DNA of 64,000 bases from positions 1-64,000 of the IMG/VR virus record IMGVR_UViG_3300046810_000256; one strand, 5' to 3'. The notes under the pieces are model-generated. The model searched no databases, was not told the DNA's origin, and worked only from the letters and a program-made list of their open reading frames with translations. The DNA is from a virus. The stretch's first letter is position 1. Each line of letters opens with the position of its first letter. The translations under genes and the position numbers were made by a program. Shown piece after piece: positions 44,449 through 54,138 of this stretch.

Positions 44449-45572
44449 GCGTCACCGCCGTTATCATCCAGCCCGGCGATATCGGCCATACGCTGGGCCA
44501 TCGCGTCTCTCTGCGCTTGTGTGGCCTGCATGCCTTTCGCGTAGGCGTCATTCAGCGCAACCGTATCTACAACGGCCACAGGCGCCTGCGCCGGTTCGAT
44601 ATTCATGTTGAAGATGCGGCCCAGCATTTCGAGGTAAGGGCGGGCGTCGTGGATCTTCATTTCCAGCCCATCTTTGGTTTCCTTCACGCCGCCGTACAGA
44701 GCCAGCGCGCCAGGCGAAAGGTGCCGGGTGTCTTTGAGCACGAGCTGGCCAATGCCATTGCCATTGCACTCAGGGCATTCCGGGTTAGGGTCGAGGTTGG
44801 CGTCGAAGCCCAGGCCGCCCAGCTCGTCGAGCACCGGTAACGGCTTGCGCTTCGCGGCCTTGGCTTCGGCCAGCGCCTCAGCATGGCGCGCCTTGCGCTC
44901 TTCCAGCTGACGCGGGGTCATCTGGTACCGGAAATCTTTGCCGTGGCAGCACCGGCAGCAGCGGTAAACGTATTCGACCAACTCCCGAGGGTCTGCCATC
45001 GCCGCGCCGTAGATGCGCTGAATGACTCGCCCGGTGATTTCCTCAGTCTTGGCAAACAGCTCCGCACGCTTGGCCAGCGTGTATGGGTGTTCCTTAACCT
45101 TCTTTAACAGGCGACTGGCTGCTGCTGCCGCCACTGCATCGGATTTGCACTCGTAGCCTGCATCGAGATAGGACTGAGTGCCGTTTTGTGTGACCAGCCA
45201 AAGGTCGACAAACTTCGCCTGACGGGCGTCGAGATCGTGCAGACTCCCGGCCTGCAAGGCTTCCAGCTCTTTCGGTTTCAGCTTGACCGCTTTCTTCACT
45301 CGGGTGCTGCCGCCTGTTCCGCGAGGCGTTTTTGCTTGCGCCGGAGCACCCGGTACCGCCGCAGCAGGTTTTGCAGCACGGGGCTTTCGGGCTAAAGTAG
45401 CAGGCTTTTTAGGTGTCTTTGGAGAGGTGGCTTTTTGAACGCGGCCAGCACTCACCTTAACTTCTGGCTTTTTAGGGGGTGCAAACACAGGTTTGCCAGC
45501 CTTGTCCGGGGATTGATTATCCTCGGCTGGCTTAGCGCGCTCTTCGATACCCTCGATCTTTTTCCGTGCCAC
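44445..45572 (-). CDS. pacA: Terminase small subunit
   Basis: RQAKFVDLW...NGTQSYLDAGY...AASRLL; CRCCHG...PNPECPECNG insert; GVKETKDGLEMK. Confidence 0.85.
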   Translation of the reverse strand: MARKKIEGIEERAKPAEDNQSPDKAGKPVFAPPKKPEVKVSAGRVQKATSPKTPKKPATLARKPRAAKPAAAVPGAPAQAKTPRGTGGSTRVKKAVKLKPKELEALQAGSLHDLDARQAKFVDLWLVTQNGTQSYLDAGYECKSDAVAAAAASRLLKKVKEHPYTLAKRAELFAKTEEITGRVIQRIYGAAMADPRELVEYVYRCCRCCHGKDFRYQMTPRQLEERKARHAEALAEAKAAKRKPLPVLDELGGLGFDANLDPNPECPECNGNGIGQLVLKDTRHLSPGALALYGGVKETKDGLEMKIHDARPYLEMLGRIFNMNIEPAQAPVAVVDTVALNDAYAKGMQATQAQRDAMAQRMADIAGLDDNGGDA

Positions 45573-45634
45573 TGGTCATCAACCTTAAATGCAAAGTCTT
45601 TTGGCTATCGGCCACGTAAAAAACGCCAACTTTC

Positions 45635-45926
45635 TGCGCGTTCGGCGCAAAAAAACCCGCAACTGCGGGCCGGATCCTGAAAGGACTAGCCCGCCGAAAC
45701 GGGCTCCCCAATACCGTACAGGGGCCGCCACGGCTGGCGCTGCAATGGTGTCGAGACCATTTCCCCAATTTTGACCGTTATCCAACTCCGAATGCCTGAT
45801 GGTGGCTCCCTGTCAGAAGCCCCCAATAACGGCGGAACCGTGTGAACAGCCCCCTCCGCCCAGCACCTAGCGCACGACAGCCCGGCATGGCCACCCTATG
45901 CCGGGTGGCTGGCTTACAAGCCGGTG
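45635..45926. other. Tandem array of about 11 short hairpins, including a minus-strand terminator at 45649-45669
   Basis: Back-to-back stems across a ~350-bp non-coding gap. Confidence 0.5.
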
Positions 45927-46676
45927 TTAAAACAGGGCGTGTTGTACCGCTTCTCTCACCTGCTGCACCGTGCAGACAGGATGCTCGAATTCAATCAGGG
46001 CAGATTCGCGATGTTTGCGCGAAATGTGGTCTTTCATCACCACCGAAAACTCAGAAATAAGGCGCTCAAGACCTGCTCCGCCACGCAACCCCTCAAAAAC
46101 AGCGCCGTGATGCTTGCGGATGACCCCCAGCGAATCGCTCAGCTCAATGGAGAGGCCTGCCAACTTACCCAGCAGCACCCGATCCATGCTCGCGCCTTCG
46201 ACGCTCACGGCCATCACCTGGGCCAAGCCTTCCATATAACGCTGGTTGTATTTGGTGAGCACACCCGTGAGCACGCCGGTGATCAGCGCCTGATTACCCT
46301 CTTCAGGCGCAAGGCCGAGATCGTCAGTGCGGCCCAGCAGGTAGTCAGTGGTGACGCTGTAAAGGTCGGCCAGGATCTGAAGGTTCTTCAGACTTGGCGA
46401 GCGGTGACCGTTTTCAAAGAGGCTGATCATGGTCAGATTGGAATGACCGAGGCGCATAGCTACTTCAAGATCCTTGAGGCCCGCGGCGCGGCGGGCTTTC
46501 ACAAGGCGAGCCGCAACGACATCACGCAGCGCTTGCTCTTCTTCCTTGGAACGGCTGGCCGGGCTCATGCCCTCCCCGCATTCCTCAGAATCGAACATCA
46601 GCATGCTTTCAGGCGCCGCTGCTTGCGCACCTTCCACCGGCATTACCGCGTTTTCGTTATCACCGATATCAGACAC
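45927..46676 (-). CDS. XRE-family HTH regulator (candidate late activator or repressor)
   Basis: RLVKARRAAGL...ISLFENGHRSPS...TTDYLLGR; sits upstream of pacA. Confidence 0.75.
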   Translation of the reverse strand: MSDIGDNENAVMPVEGAQAAAPESMLMFDSEECGEGMSPASRSKEEEQALRDVVAARLVKARRAAGLKDLEVAMRLGHSNLTMISLFENGHRSPSLKNLQILADLYSVTTDYLLGRTDDLGLAPEEGNQALITGVLTGVLTKYNQRYMEGLAQVMAVSVEGASMDRVLLGKLAGLSIELSDSLGVIRKHHGAVFEGLRGGAGLERLISEFSVVMKDHISRKHRESALIEFEHPVCTVQQVREAVQHALF

Positions 46677-46924
46677 TTTGACGTCACCCTTACGACCACT
46701 GCTGTCAGAGCGCCATTAGATTGTATCCCCGTACCATTCGCAACCCCGGAACGCCCAAAAAGTTCCCAGTCACCCACGCGAAAATTGCCAACTTCTGGAT
46801 TATTGGCCTGAACTGTTTTGGGAATTAACCGCCTTTTTAACGATGTTTCCGCGTGGATCCAATCAAATAGCACCTAATGACCGTCTGTCAGCACATCGGC
46901 GCACAATTCAGCATGTAACCGGTT

Positions 46925-47209
46925 TTATGCCGCATTTTCAGCGCTCTCCAGCGATTGAGCGCGCTCGTGAATCGCCAGCATTACGACCTTTAGCGCCTCA
47001 CAGCGTGCGCGGTTAACCGTTTCCAGGCGTGCAAGGTAGGTACGCCGGGCGTGAAGGTCTTGGCTCATCAGGTACTGGCCGACATACTGGTCATGTAACC
47101 CCAAGCCATTCCAACAATAGCGATTTGTTGGCGGATAGCATGAACCGCAACGAAGTACGTGATTCATGTATCCCTCATGCGCTTGAAACGTGGCGTCGTC
47201 GAGCTGCAC
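46925..47209 (-). CDS. Hypothetical Cys/His zinc-binding protein
   Basis: H..RCGSC...RYC. Confidence 0.55.
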   Translation of the reverse strand: MQLDDATFQAHEGYMNHVLRCGSCYPPTNRYCWNGLGLHDQYVGQYLMSQDLHARRTYLARLETVNRARCEALKVVMLAIHERAQSLESAENAA

Positions 47210-47713
47210 TTAGAATTCCTCCACGCTCCACGTAGGATCCCGGCCTTTGCTACCGGCCACCTTCTTCACAGCGATGAACTTGAATACCGGGAACATCCGC
47301 GCGGCCACCTTGATTTTCACCCGAGCGTCATCCATCCAGACGCCCTTTACCTCATGCACCTCCAAGTGCCCACTGGCGAGCTGTACGAGGAAATCCGGTG
47401 CATATGTGGTCTTTTCTGCCAACGTCAGACGGAACGGTTCAAACTGGTACCAAACAATCTCACCAGCCATACGGCGCACTTCAAGGTGCGCCCGATAAGC
47501 CTCTTCGGTCTTGTTCAGCTCGCCTTTCTCCAGGCGCCCCAACGCCTGCATAGCCTTCATGCCCCCGCCACGGGCTGGCTTCTTCGCCTCATCGCCCGCC
47601 ATGCGCAAGTGCTCCGGAACCGACTTGCTCCCGGTCTGCTTGCCCAGCGCCCGGCGCGTCATGTCCGGTGGCAGCCTGGCCAGATCCTCTTCTGAGAAAA
47701 TGCGCTTGCTCAT
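47210..47713 (-). CDS. PD-(D/E)XK endonuclease (DUF1064-like)
   Basis: NKTE..Y...YAPDFLV...HEVKG...KIK. Confidence 0.8.
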   Translation of the reverse strand: MSKRIFSEEDLARLPPDMTRRALGKQTGSKSVPEHLRMAGDEAKKPARGGGMKAMQALGRLEKGELNKTEEAYRAHLEVRRMAGEIVWYQFEPFRLTLAEKTTYAPDFLVQLASGHLEVHEVKGVWMDDARVKIKVAARMFPVFKFIAVKKVAGSKGRDPTWSVEEF

Positions 47714-47913
47714 CAGGCCACCGCACCGCTACAGCAATGACAGGAACGCACAGAGCCACGCGCCCGCAGCCAGATCATGTATTCGCGCTGCACCCGTTCA
47801 TCCATGTAGTCGTCGAGGTCGCGCCCCATCGGGCCTTTCTTGCGTTCAAACGGGCCTTCGTTGTCACTCTCAAAATCACTGCGAGCCTCATCGGCCACTT
47901 CAAACACGCTCAC
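47713..47913 (-). CDS. Hypothetical protein
   Basis: GGAGG RBS; behind a late promoter. Confidence 0.5.
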   Translation of the reverse strand: MSVFEVADEARSDFESDNEGPFERKKGPMGRDLDDYMDERVQREYMIWLRARGSVRSCHCCSGAVA

Positions 47914-47971
47914 TGCACAGCCTCCAGATGATCAAACGGGGTACGGAACTGGCCCCTGAATGGCGTCAGCC

Positions 47972-48012
47972 AATGTAATGGCGCGCACGGCGGCGCCACC
48001 CGCAGGGTTTGC
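47972..48012 (-). promoter_or_regulatory. Late promoter motif (GCAAACC-N28-TACATT)
   Basis: Conserved spacing. Confidence 0.65.
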
Positions 48013-48045
48013 AGGTGTTCGCATCAATCAGGGAGAGATTCCGGG

Positions 48046-48846
48046 TCAGGCTTGCAGCTGCTGCTCGGGCTGCTTGTCTACTTGACGGCGCAGGTAGAGC
48101 GCGGCCAGATCCATTGGGTACAAGGATCGCTCACCGGCCTGAATCGCGGTGTCGAGCGTCCACTGGCTGGTGCTCGCATTCAGGCGGTGCCAACCGGTGT
48201 TTGGGAAGTAGCCGAAGTAGGAAAGCTCTTCAGTGGCTTCGCACAGCAGGAAGTGAGTCGCCATCGACTCCGCGCCCATCATTTGCTGAATCTCGTCCAA
48301 GTGGTGCGGACGCAACGCGCCGGGCAGTGCATGGCCGTTGTAGTCGATTGGACGCTCCAGTCCCATGGATTCGCTGCGCTCCAGATGAAACGCCAGTGAC
48401 CGCACCGGGCCTGCATCATCGTTTACGGCGAATGCTGCATGCTTGAACAGACGTCGCGCCCGCGGCAAACGCTCTTCTGTCGGCTCTTCTACCGGAACCC
48501 GTGGCCTTGCCACCAGTTTCGGGTGAAACACGCCAGCAGCGGCATCAGAGGGGCTTTGCGCAGGATCGCCAGCAGTTGACGCAGGTGCTTGCCGTGCTCT
48601 GGATGGCTTCAGCAGCTCGGGACGCTCACGCAGCGGCAGAAACTCGTCTTCGCCGACGATCACACTCCCCACCACACGCCCGAGGTCGACTTGATCCAGT
48701 ACGAACTCAACCAGCGCCAGCCCGCGCGCCAGCAACAGATTCAAGTTCTGATGCCCGCAACGCTTCAGCAGACTCTCGACCCGCGCCAAGCTGTTTGGCG
48801 TCATAGAAAACGTAATGTCGTGCCGCTGTAGTGCCTGACCGGTCAT
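48046..48846 (-). CDS. Hypothetical protein with RHH-like N-terminus
   Basis: GAGGT RBS before ATG 48846; first gene behind a repeated early promoter. Confidence 0.55.
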   Translation of the reverse strand: MTGQALQRHDITFSMTPNSLARVESLLKRCGHQNLNLLLARGLALVEFVLDQVDLGRVVGSVIVGEDEFLPLRERPELLKPSRARQAPASTAGDPAQSPSDAAAGVFHPKLVARPRVPVEEPTEERLPRARRLFKHAAFAVNDDAGPVRSLAFHLERSESMGLERPIDYNGHALPGALRPHHLDEIQQMMGAESMATHFLLCEATEELSYFGYFPNTGWHRLNASTSQWTLDTAIQAGERSLYPMDLAALYLRRQVDKQPEQQLQA

Positions 48847-48876
48847 AGAAACCTCTGAACGTGTTGAATTGATATG

Positions 48877-48923
48877 CGACATAATGACATAAAGGCACTG
48901 TATCACAATAGCGTTTCTGTGTT
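48877..48923 (-). promoter_or_regulatory. Repeated early promoter/operator copy 1
   Basis: cgacataatgaca-N16-caatagcg, also at 52984 and 62306. Confidence 0.7.
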
Positions 48924-48959
48924 TTTGTGCTGTTTGCGCTCTCCCGGTAGCCAGACACG

Positions 48960-48985
48960 AAAAAGCCCGCACGCGGCGGGCTCTT
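48960..48985 (-). terminator. Intrinsic terminator
   Basis: aaaagcccgc-acgcg-gcgggctctt. Confidence 0.7.
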
Positions 48986-49004
48986 CAGCGGACGGTATAG
49001 CGGC

Positions 49005-50805
49005 CTACCCTGCTGCGGCTTCTTCGGCCTCAGCGTCCAGTACCAGCTTGTTCACGCCCCCGATCAACTCACCCACGGCGGTGTTGTAGGCCTGCTCAGC
49101 CTGGGCGCACTCGCGCAGCACCTTGTTGCGCTGCCGGGTTGTCATGCTGGTCAGCTGCTCCAGTGGCTTCATGGCCTTGCGGTGCTCGGCGCTGGCGTCG
49201 TTCACCGGGTTGATGAATTGGCGCAGGGCCACAGTGTCAATCTTTGCCATGTCGGGTTTGTCCTGGCTCATCGAATTTGTGGGTTTGCACGTACCGGGCA
49301 AGATCGATGCAGGCCGGACAGTCCACCAACGCATCCGTGGGCAGCCCCTGCTCGATGTCGCCATGCTTCACGCCGCACAGCGTCACGTATCCCTTGCGGC
49401 CAACGTAATGCGTCTGGTCACGCTCAGGGTGATAGGTCTTTTCAGCCAACGGCAATTGCTTGGCCATCTGTCTCTACCTGTCATGTCATTAACTACGATA
49501 ACGGCGCGGTCAGTACGCCCCGCCGCCTGCCTTGTGCCAATAGGCGCCATTCGCATCGGGCACCATCGGGTGCCGATCCATACTTGATGGCCAGCTTGCA
49601 TACAGTGCTGGGTTACCGTCCTCAAGGAACACCACTGCATCCGGATGGCCACCTTCGTGCAGCTCGTTGATCAGGTCGGCCATGTCCTGACAGATGCTCT
49701 CAAAGCGCCTGATTTGCTTGGCGGTCAGTTTCTTTGCCATGGTGGGTATTCCTTTCAGTTGCGGCTCACGGCGCGGTACGCCTCATAGGCTTCGAATTGC
49801 TCGTTGAAAGCGTCGGCCAGATCACATTCGGCGGAGACGGGCGCCATGACGTGCTGCACTGCTCGGGCAAAAGTGTCGCCCAGCTCCCGACGAGCCTCGC
49901 GGGCCTCTTTCTTCTCTGGCTGGCCGTTGGCCGGGTGCATCGCTTTGGCATCGGCGCGCAACCAGTCGGCCAGGATGTCCACCACGTAGCCGGGCAGCTC
50001 AATCGGGAACGGGTTGTTCTTGGCGTCGGTCATCGTGGGATTCCTTTTCTACTCAAAGCCCAATGGGACGGTTTCAATTTCGAAGCGGTTGGCAGATCCA
50101 TGACCTGGCGCCGGGTGCTTGTCCTCCCACTGGCGTAAAAGGCTTTCCCAATCGTCAACCACGTCATCAGCCAGGGTCAGCACGCTTGGCCGCGTGCGGT
50201 GATGCGCCTCTACCACGGCCAGATACGCCTTGGCCTGTTCTGGCGTAGTAAAGGCCCGCACCGGGTCGCGACCTTCATAGTCAACCACCGCCATCACCAG
50301 ATGAATCAGCATGGTGTGCATTCCTTTCAGTGCCGCACAGGCGCTGGAATGCCGCCTATGTTCTGCGCCAGCGCGTCGACGCTTTCCAGCGTTTCTTTGA
50401 TGGCGGCCAGCACCTTTGCCTTGGCCTCGCTTTCGCGCACGCCCGGTTTCGTTGGGGCTAGCTCAAGCAGCGCCAGTGTGTTTTCTAAGCGCCTTCTGAC
50501 TAAGGCCAGATCCTCGCGCGCCTCATCAAGCCCGTCACCATTCATTGCGGCTCTCCAGGGGTTGTCGACTTTGGTGGGTGCCGGACACAGAACGGACATA
50601 CCCAACCGGCGCGCTTTTTCAGCCATCCGCCATCGCGGGCGTCCTGCTCCAGAGAGCGCATTAACTCCAGCAGGTCAGCCCGGTTGTCGTCGGCCATTCC
50701 CATCGGCCCGGCGTTGTCCGCTGTAAAGCAGCGCTCACCAATATTGCCGACTCCCTCGACTTCATCGCTGCGCTCTTCACAACGCAATTCAACCCATGTG
50801 CCCAT
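49005..50805 (-). other. Chain of small early hypothetical genes (49005-49271, 49237-49467, 49510-49740, 49755-50033, 50049-50321, 50327-50545, 50542-50805)
   Basis: Tightly packed minus-strand ORFs with RBS or overlaps; no recognisable families. Confidence 0.55.
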
Positions 50806-50863
50806 TCTTGATTCCTTACTGGTGGGCTGCGCAGATTGGCAATCTCAGCCGCTCGCCAGCATA

Positions 50864-50879
50864 CTGGTTATACATACAG
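50864..50879 (+). promoter_or_regulatory. LexA (SOS) box
   Basis: CTGGTTATACATACAG = CTG-N10-CAG with AT-rich core. Confidence 0.75.
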
Positions 50880-50896
50880 CTTTAAGGCATTCATCC

Positions 50897-51145
50897 ATGC
50901 CCCAGGTACTACCACCGTTCATTCCGGTGACCCAAGACGAATTGCGCACTCTGTGGGTCAAGTATCCCGCCCCCGAGGTTCGCCGGTTGGCGCTTGAGGT
51001 TGCCCGGTACCGCAACGTGCTGGCCGAGATCGATCGGCTTTACAGAATCACCCATCAAGCTTGGCGGGACACGCAGGGCGGCAACCTCACGGCTCTGCAC
51101 GAGCTCCAAGCGCTTATGTATGCAGAGCGCGAGCGGCTTCCTTGA
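50897..51145 (+). CDS. 82-aa putatively SOS-regulated protein
   Basis: MPQVLPPFIPVTQDELRTLW...; lone plus-strand gene directly behind the LexA box. Confidence 0.65.
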   Translation: MPQVLPPFIPVTQDELRTLWVKYPAPEVRRLALEVARYRNVLAEIDRLYRITHQAWRDTQGGNLTALHELQALMYAERERLP

Positions 51146-51148
51146 GCC

Positions 51149-52956
51149 TCAGCCGTCAGGACGATCAGTCAGCACTAGATGGCCAAGTTCGATCTGTACG
51201 AGGTTCCGACTGCGCAGACTGTCAAAATCTTTGCGGCGGGCAGGATTTGGAAGCCGTTCCGGAACCCAGCCATTGCGCCCCCAATAAACACCAATGGGCT
51301 GAGCCTCAAGGCGTTTCAGTATCGCCTTTTCGCCATCAGACAGCGGCGCTTCCCCAGCGCTTGCGGTGCGCGTCACTGGTGCGCTTCCCACTGCGGGCGG
51401 CGCAGCCAAACGAATTCATGGCAGAACGTCACGAACTGCTGAAGCTCGCCATCTTGCTGGGCGGCCAGCACTTCGTCATAGCCGGTGGCCTTGTCGATCA
51501 TGGCGTCAAACGGGCTGCGCGCCAGCTTCTCGCCGAGGTGGCAGCCGGTCAGACGGTTGAAGCCCTGCACAAACTCAGGCATGCCAGCGCACGCCAGGAG
51601 GCAATCGTAGAAAGTCATGTCAGCTTCCGATTTGTTGGGTTGATTTCAGGCAGGTCGTCGACCTCGCTGCCGTGTACGTGGCCAAGGCCGACATCGACGC
51701 GCAGATCCAGAGCGCTGCCGGAATACCAGATTTCACTGCCTTGCACCCTCACCGAACGCTGGCGCAGCCAACGGTAGCGATCAGCGAACAGGCGCAGCTC
51801 CGCCAGTTCGTCCGCTGTCGGCAGTTCAGGCGCCAGCTCAATGGGTTTTTTCACTTTCGGCCTTCCGTGCTTCATCTGCTCGGGCCAACCATTTGCGGGC
51901 CTCTTTCTTCAGCCACTCAGACATCACCCGCCCTTCAGCGAATTCGCTGGGAACATTCGTCCAGCCCATCAGTAGGTGTTCTGCCGCTTCGTTCAAAGCC
52001 TCATAGCGGCCATCCATCTGTCTGGCGGTCAGCTTCTTGGCCATGGCTACGCTTCCCCGGCGCATTTAAACGCCTTCGCATGCCCTACGCACACCTTCGT
52101 CGGGTTACCTCTGTCATCCGTCTCCGCGTGACACATGAACCCTTTCTGATCGAATGACATGTAAGCGGCGTCACTGGTGGCCATCGGCGATTGGTTCGCC
52201 ATTGAGCCGAGCCGGTAAGCGCAGCCTTCGCAGGCGCCAGCAGGATCACACTGGGCAGCAAGTGCCACACCCTGACACGCGCCCAATATTGTCGGCAGGT
52301 TCACGCTGTCGAACTTATCCGGATGCATTCCCAGCTCACTGATGAGCACCAAATCGGTCATGTCCCGGCAGTTGTCCGCGACAGAGTTCGCCATCCCAAT
52401 GAACTGGGCGAATAGCTCAACAAGGCTTTCAGCCCCGTACTGTTCCAGATAGTCACTCAGCCCGGAGATTCGCCCGGCCAGCGGCAGGTTGACCAGCGCG
52501 GCAACATCCTCAGCCTGGCGCGGGGTCATCGTGTAATCCGTGTGCCCGCTCATGCGCCACCACTGTCGAGATAGATGCCGTAACTTTTCACAGTGTCGGT
52601 GTCTTCGTGGCCAGTGTTGGCGCGCTCAAGAATAGCTTCACAGCTCGACCGGCGGCGGATTTCGTCTTGAAGTGAATCATCTGCAACGGTGACATGCAGG
52701 TTGCTATCAATGCCTACCAGTACCAGACCCGCCCGCTTGCAGCTCAGTAGCGCGGCTTCCAGCTTCTTGATTGCGGCCAACTGATTCTTCTTCATCGCTA
52801 CTTCACTTCGTCGAAGTGCCACTGCACGCAGTCGAAGGCCGCTTGCTTAGCCTCTTCGTCAATCTGTTCTTGGGTCGCATCGTCCGGCACTTCAAACTCA
52901 AACTCTACTTCTGAGCCCTGGACGTCGGTTTTGATCGTGCCCTGAAAAGTACGCAT
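51149..52956 (-). other. Chain of small early hypothetical genes (51149-51376, 51373-51618, 51615-51875, 51838-52044, 52047-52553, 52550-52795, 52798-52956)
   Basis: Coupled minus-strand ORFs downstream of the early promoter at 52984. Confidence 0.55.
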
Positions 52957-52983
52957 CGAATCGCTTCCTGTGAAAATCATTAA

Positions 52984-53030
52984 CGACATAATGACACAAA
53001 AGCACTGCAACACAATAGCGCTTTTGTGTT
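52984..53030 (-). promoter_or_regulatory. Repeated early promoter/operator copy 2
   Basis: Contains the perfect inverted repeat acacaaaagc-N16-gcttttgtgt. Confidence 0.7.
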
Positions 53031-53047
53031 TGTCTGCCGGGCACTGA

Positions 53048-53698
53048 TCAGAACGATTCTTCAGCCTGAGCCGTCGCACCTGCATAGGTCACGTTCGGCG
53101 CTTCGAAGCGCACAATCAGATCCGTCGACTTGCCGTCATTGAACAGCCTCACTGACGCGCGCCGGACGTCTTCCTGCGCAGCCTTGAGAATGGCGTCGAT
53201 ATCGGCATACCCGAGGGTTTCAGGCACTTCAAGGTAGGTGTAGGTGATGTCACCGGTGGCAAGGGCAGCACTTTCGAAGGCCGCGAACTTCTGCACGTAC
53301 TCGTCTTGGCTCTTGGCTGTGTTGCGCAGCGTCACCATGTCGATAAACGACTTCGTGTTTTCCATCGAAATGATGTTGAAGGACTTCGACAGCGCGTCGG
53401 TAACACGCTGGTACATGGCTTGCTGGTACGGCGCGATCAGCGCAACGGCGTCCAGCTTGTTCTCACGGAAGAACAGCGCCACGGTGAATTTCTGGCCGAC
53501 GAACTCAAAGTTGTCAGTGCAGCGCCCGGTGTGCTCGGGGTTCGAACAGTCGTAATAGCCCGCCGAGCGCGTGTATTTATCGATGGGCGTGCCGTAGGTG
53601 TAGTCCTTGAAAAGACTCACGCCCGCCGATGCACTTGGAATGCCGGTGAGCAGGCCGAGGCCGGTGGTTAGCGCAAGCGCGATGAGCTTTTTAGACAT
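53048..53698 (-). CDS. Exported (signal-peptide) protein
   Basis: MSKKLIALALTTGLGLLTGIPSASA Sec signal; likely start ATG 53698. Confidence 0.65.
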   Translation of the reverse strand: MSKKLIALALTTGLGLLTGIPSASAGVSLFKDYTYGTPIDKYTRSAGYYDCSNPEHTGRCTDNFEFVGQKFTVALFFRENKLDAVALIAPYQQAMYQRVTDALSKSFNIISMENTKSFIDMVTLRNTAKSQDEYVQKFAAFESAALATGDITYTYLEVPETLGYADIDAILKAAQEDVRRASVRLFNDGKSTDLIVRFEAPNVTYAGATAQAEESF

Positions 53699-53772
53699 CA
53701 AGAAAGTCCCTTTCGGTATCAGTGTTGGCGGTATATCGCCGAACGATACTATGAAAGGGACAGGGCCGGTTA

Positions 53773-54138
53773 TCAGGCGCCTGCGGTGGGCCTGGGCTTC
53801 TTGGCGGTCTTGAGCCGGTAGTTTCGGCAGCAGCTGGTGCAGAACACACGCATGGCACCGGACCGGGTTTGCTTGAGCAGGCCGCCGCACTCGCACCGGT
53901 TAGTTTCCAGATACTTGGACACCGCGACGTTGATCGCGGCACCGTTGTTTCGCCTCGGGCGGGTAAGCCCCAGCGCCTTGCAAACCCGCCGGTAATCCTG
54001 CGCTATCCACTCTTCACCTGGCTCGTGGCCAAGGCCGTCGCCAAGCATGTCGCCCAGTTTGATCAGCTGGTCATACAGGTACTTATTTGGATCTTCCGGG
54101 GGCGTAGGCTTGTGCTCTTCAAACAGGTCTGACTGCAT
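53773..54138 (-). CDS. Hypothetical zinc-ribbon protein
   Basis: LIKLGDMLGDGL...CECGG...CTSC. Confidence 0.6.
   Translation of the reverse strand: MQSDLFEEHKPTPPEDPNKYLYDQLIKLGDMLGDGLGHEPGEEWIAQDYRRVCKALGLTRPRRNNGAAINVAVSKYLETNRCECGGLLKQTRSGAMRVFCTSCCRNYRLKTAKKPRPTAGA

Noticed and set aside
44445-45572. P1-like pac site (clustered Dam GATC hexamers) in pacA
   Set aside because: No GATC cluster visible
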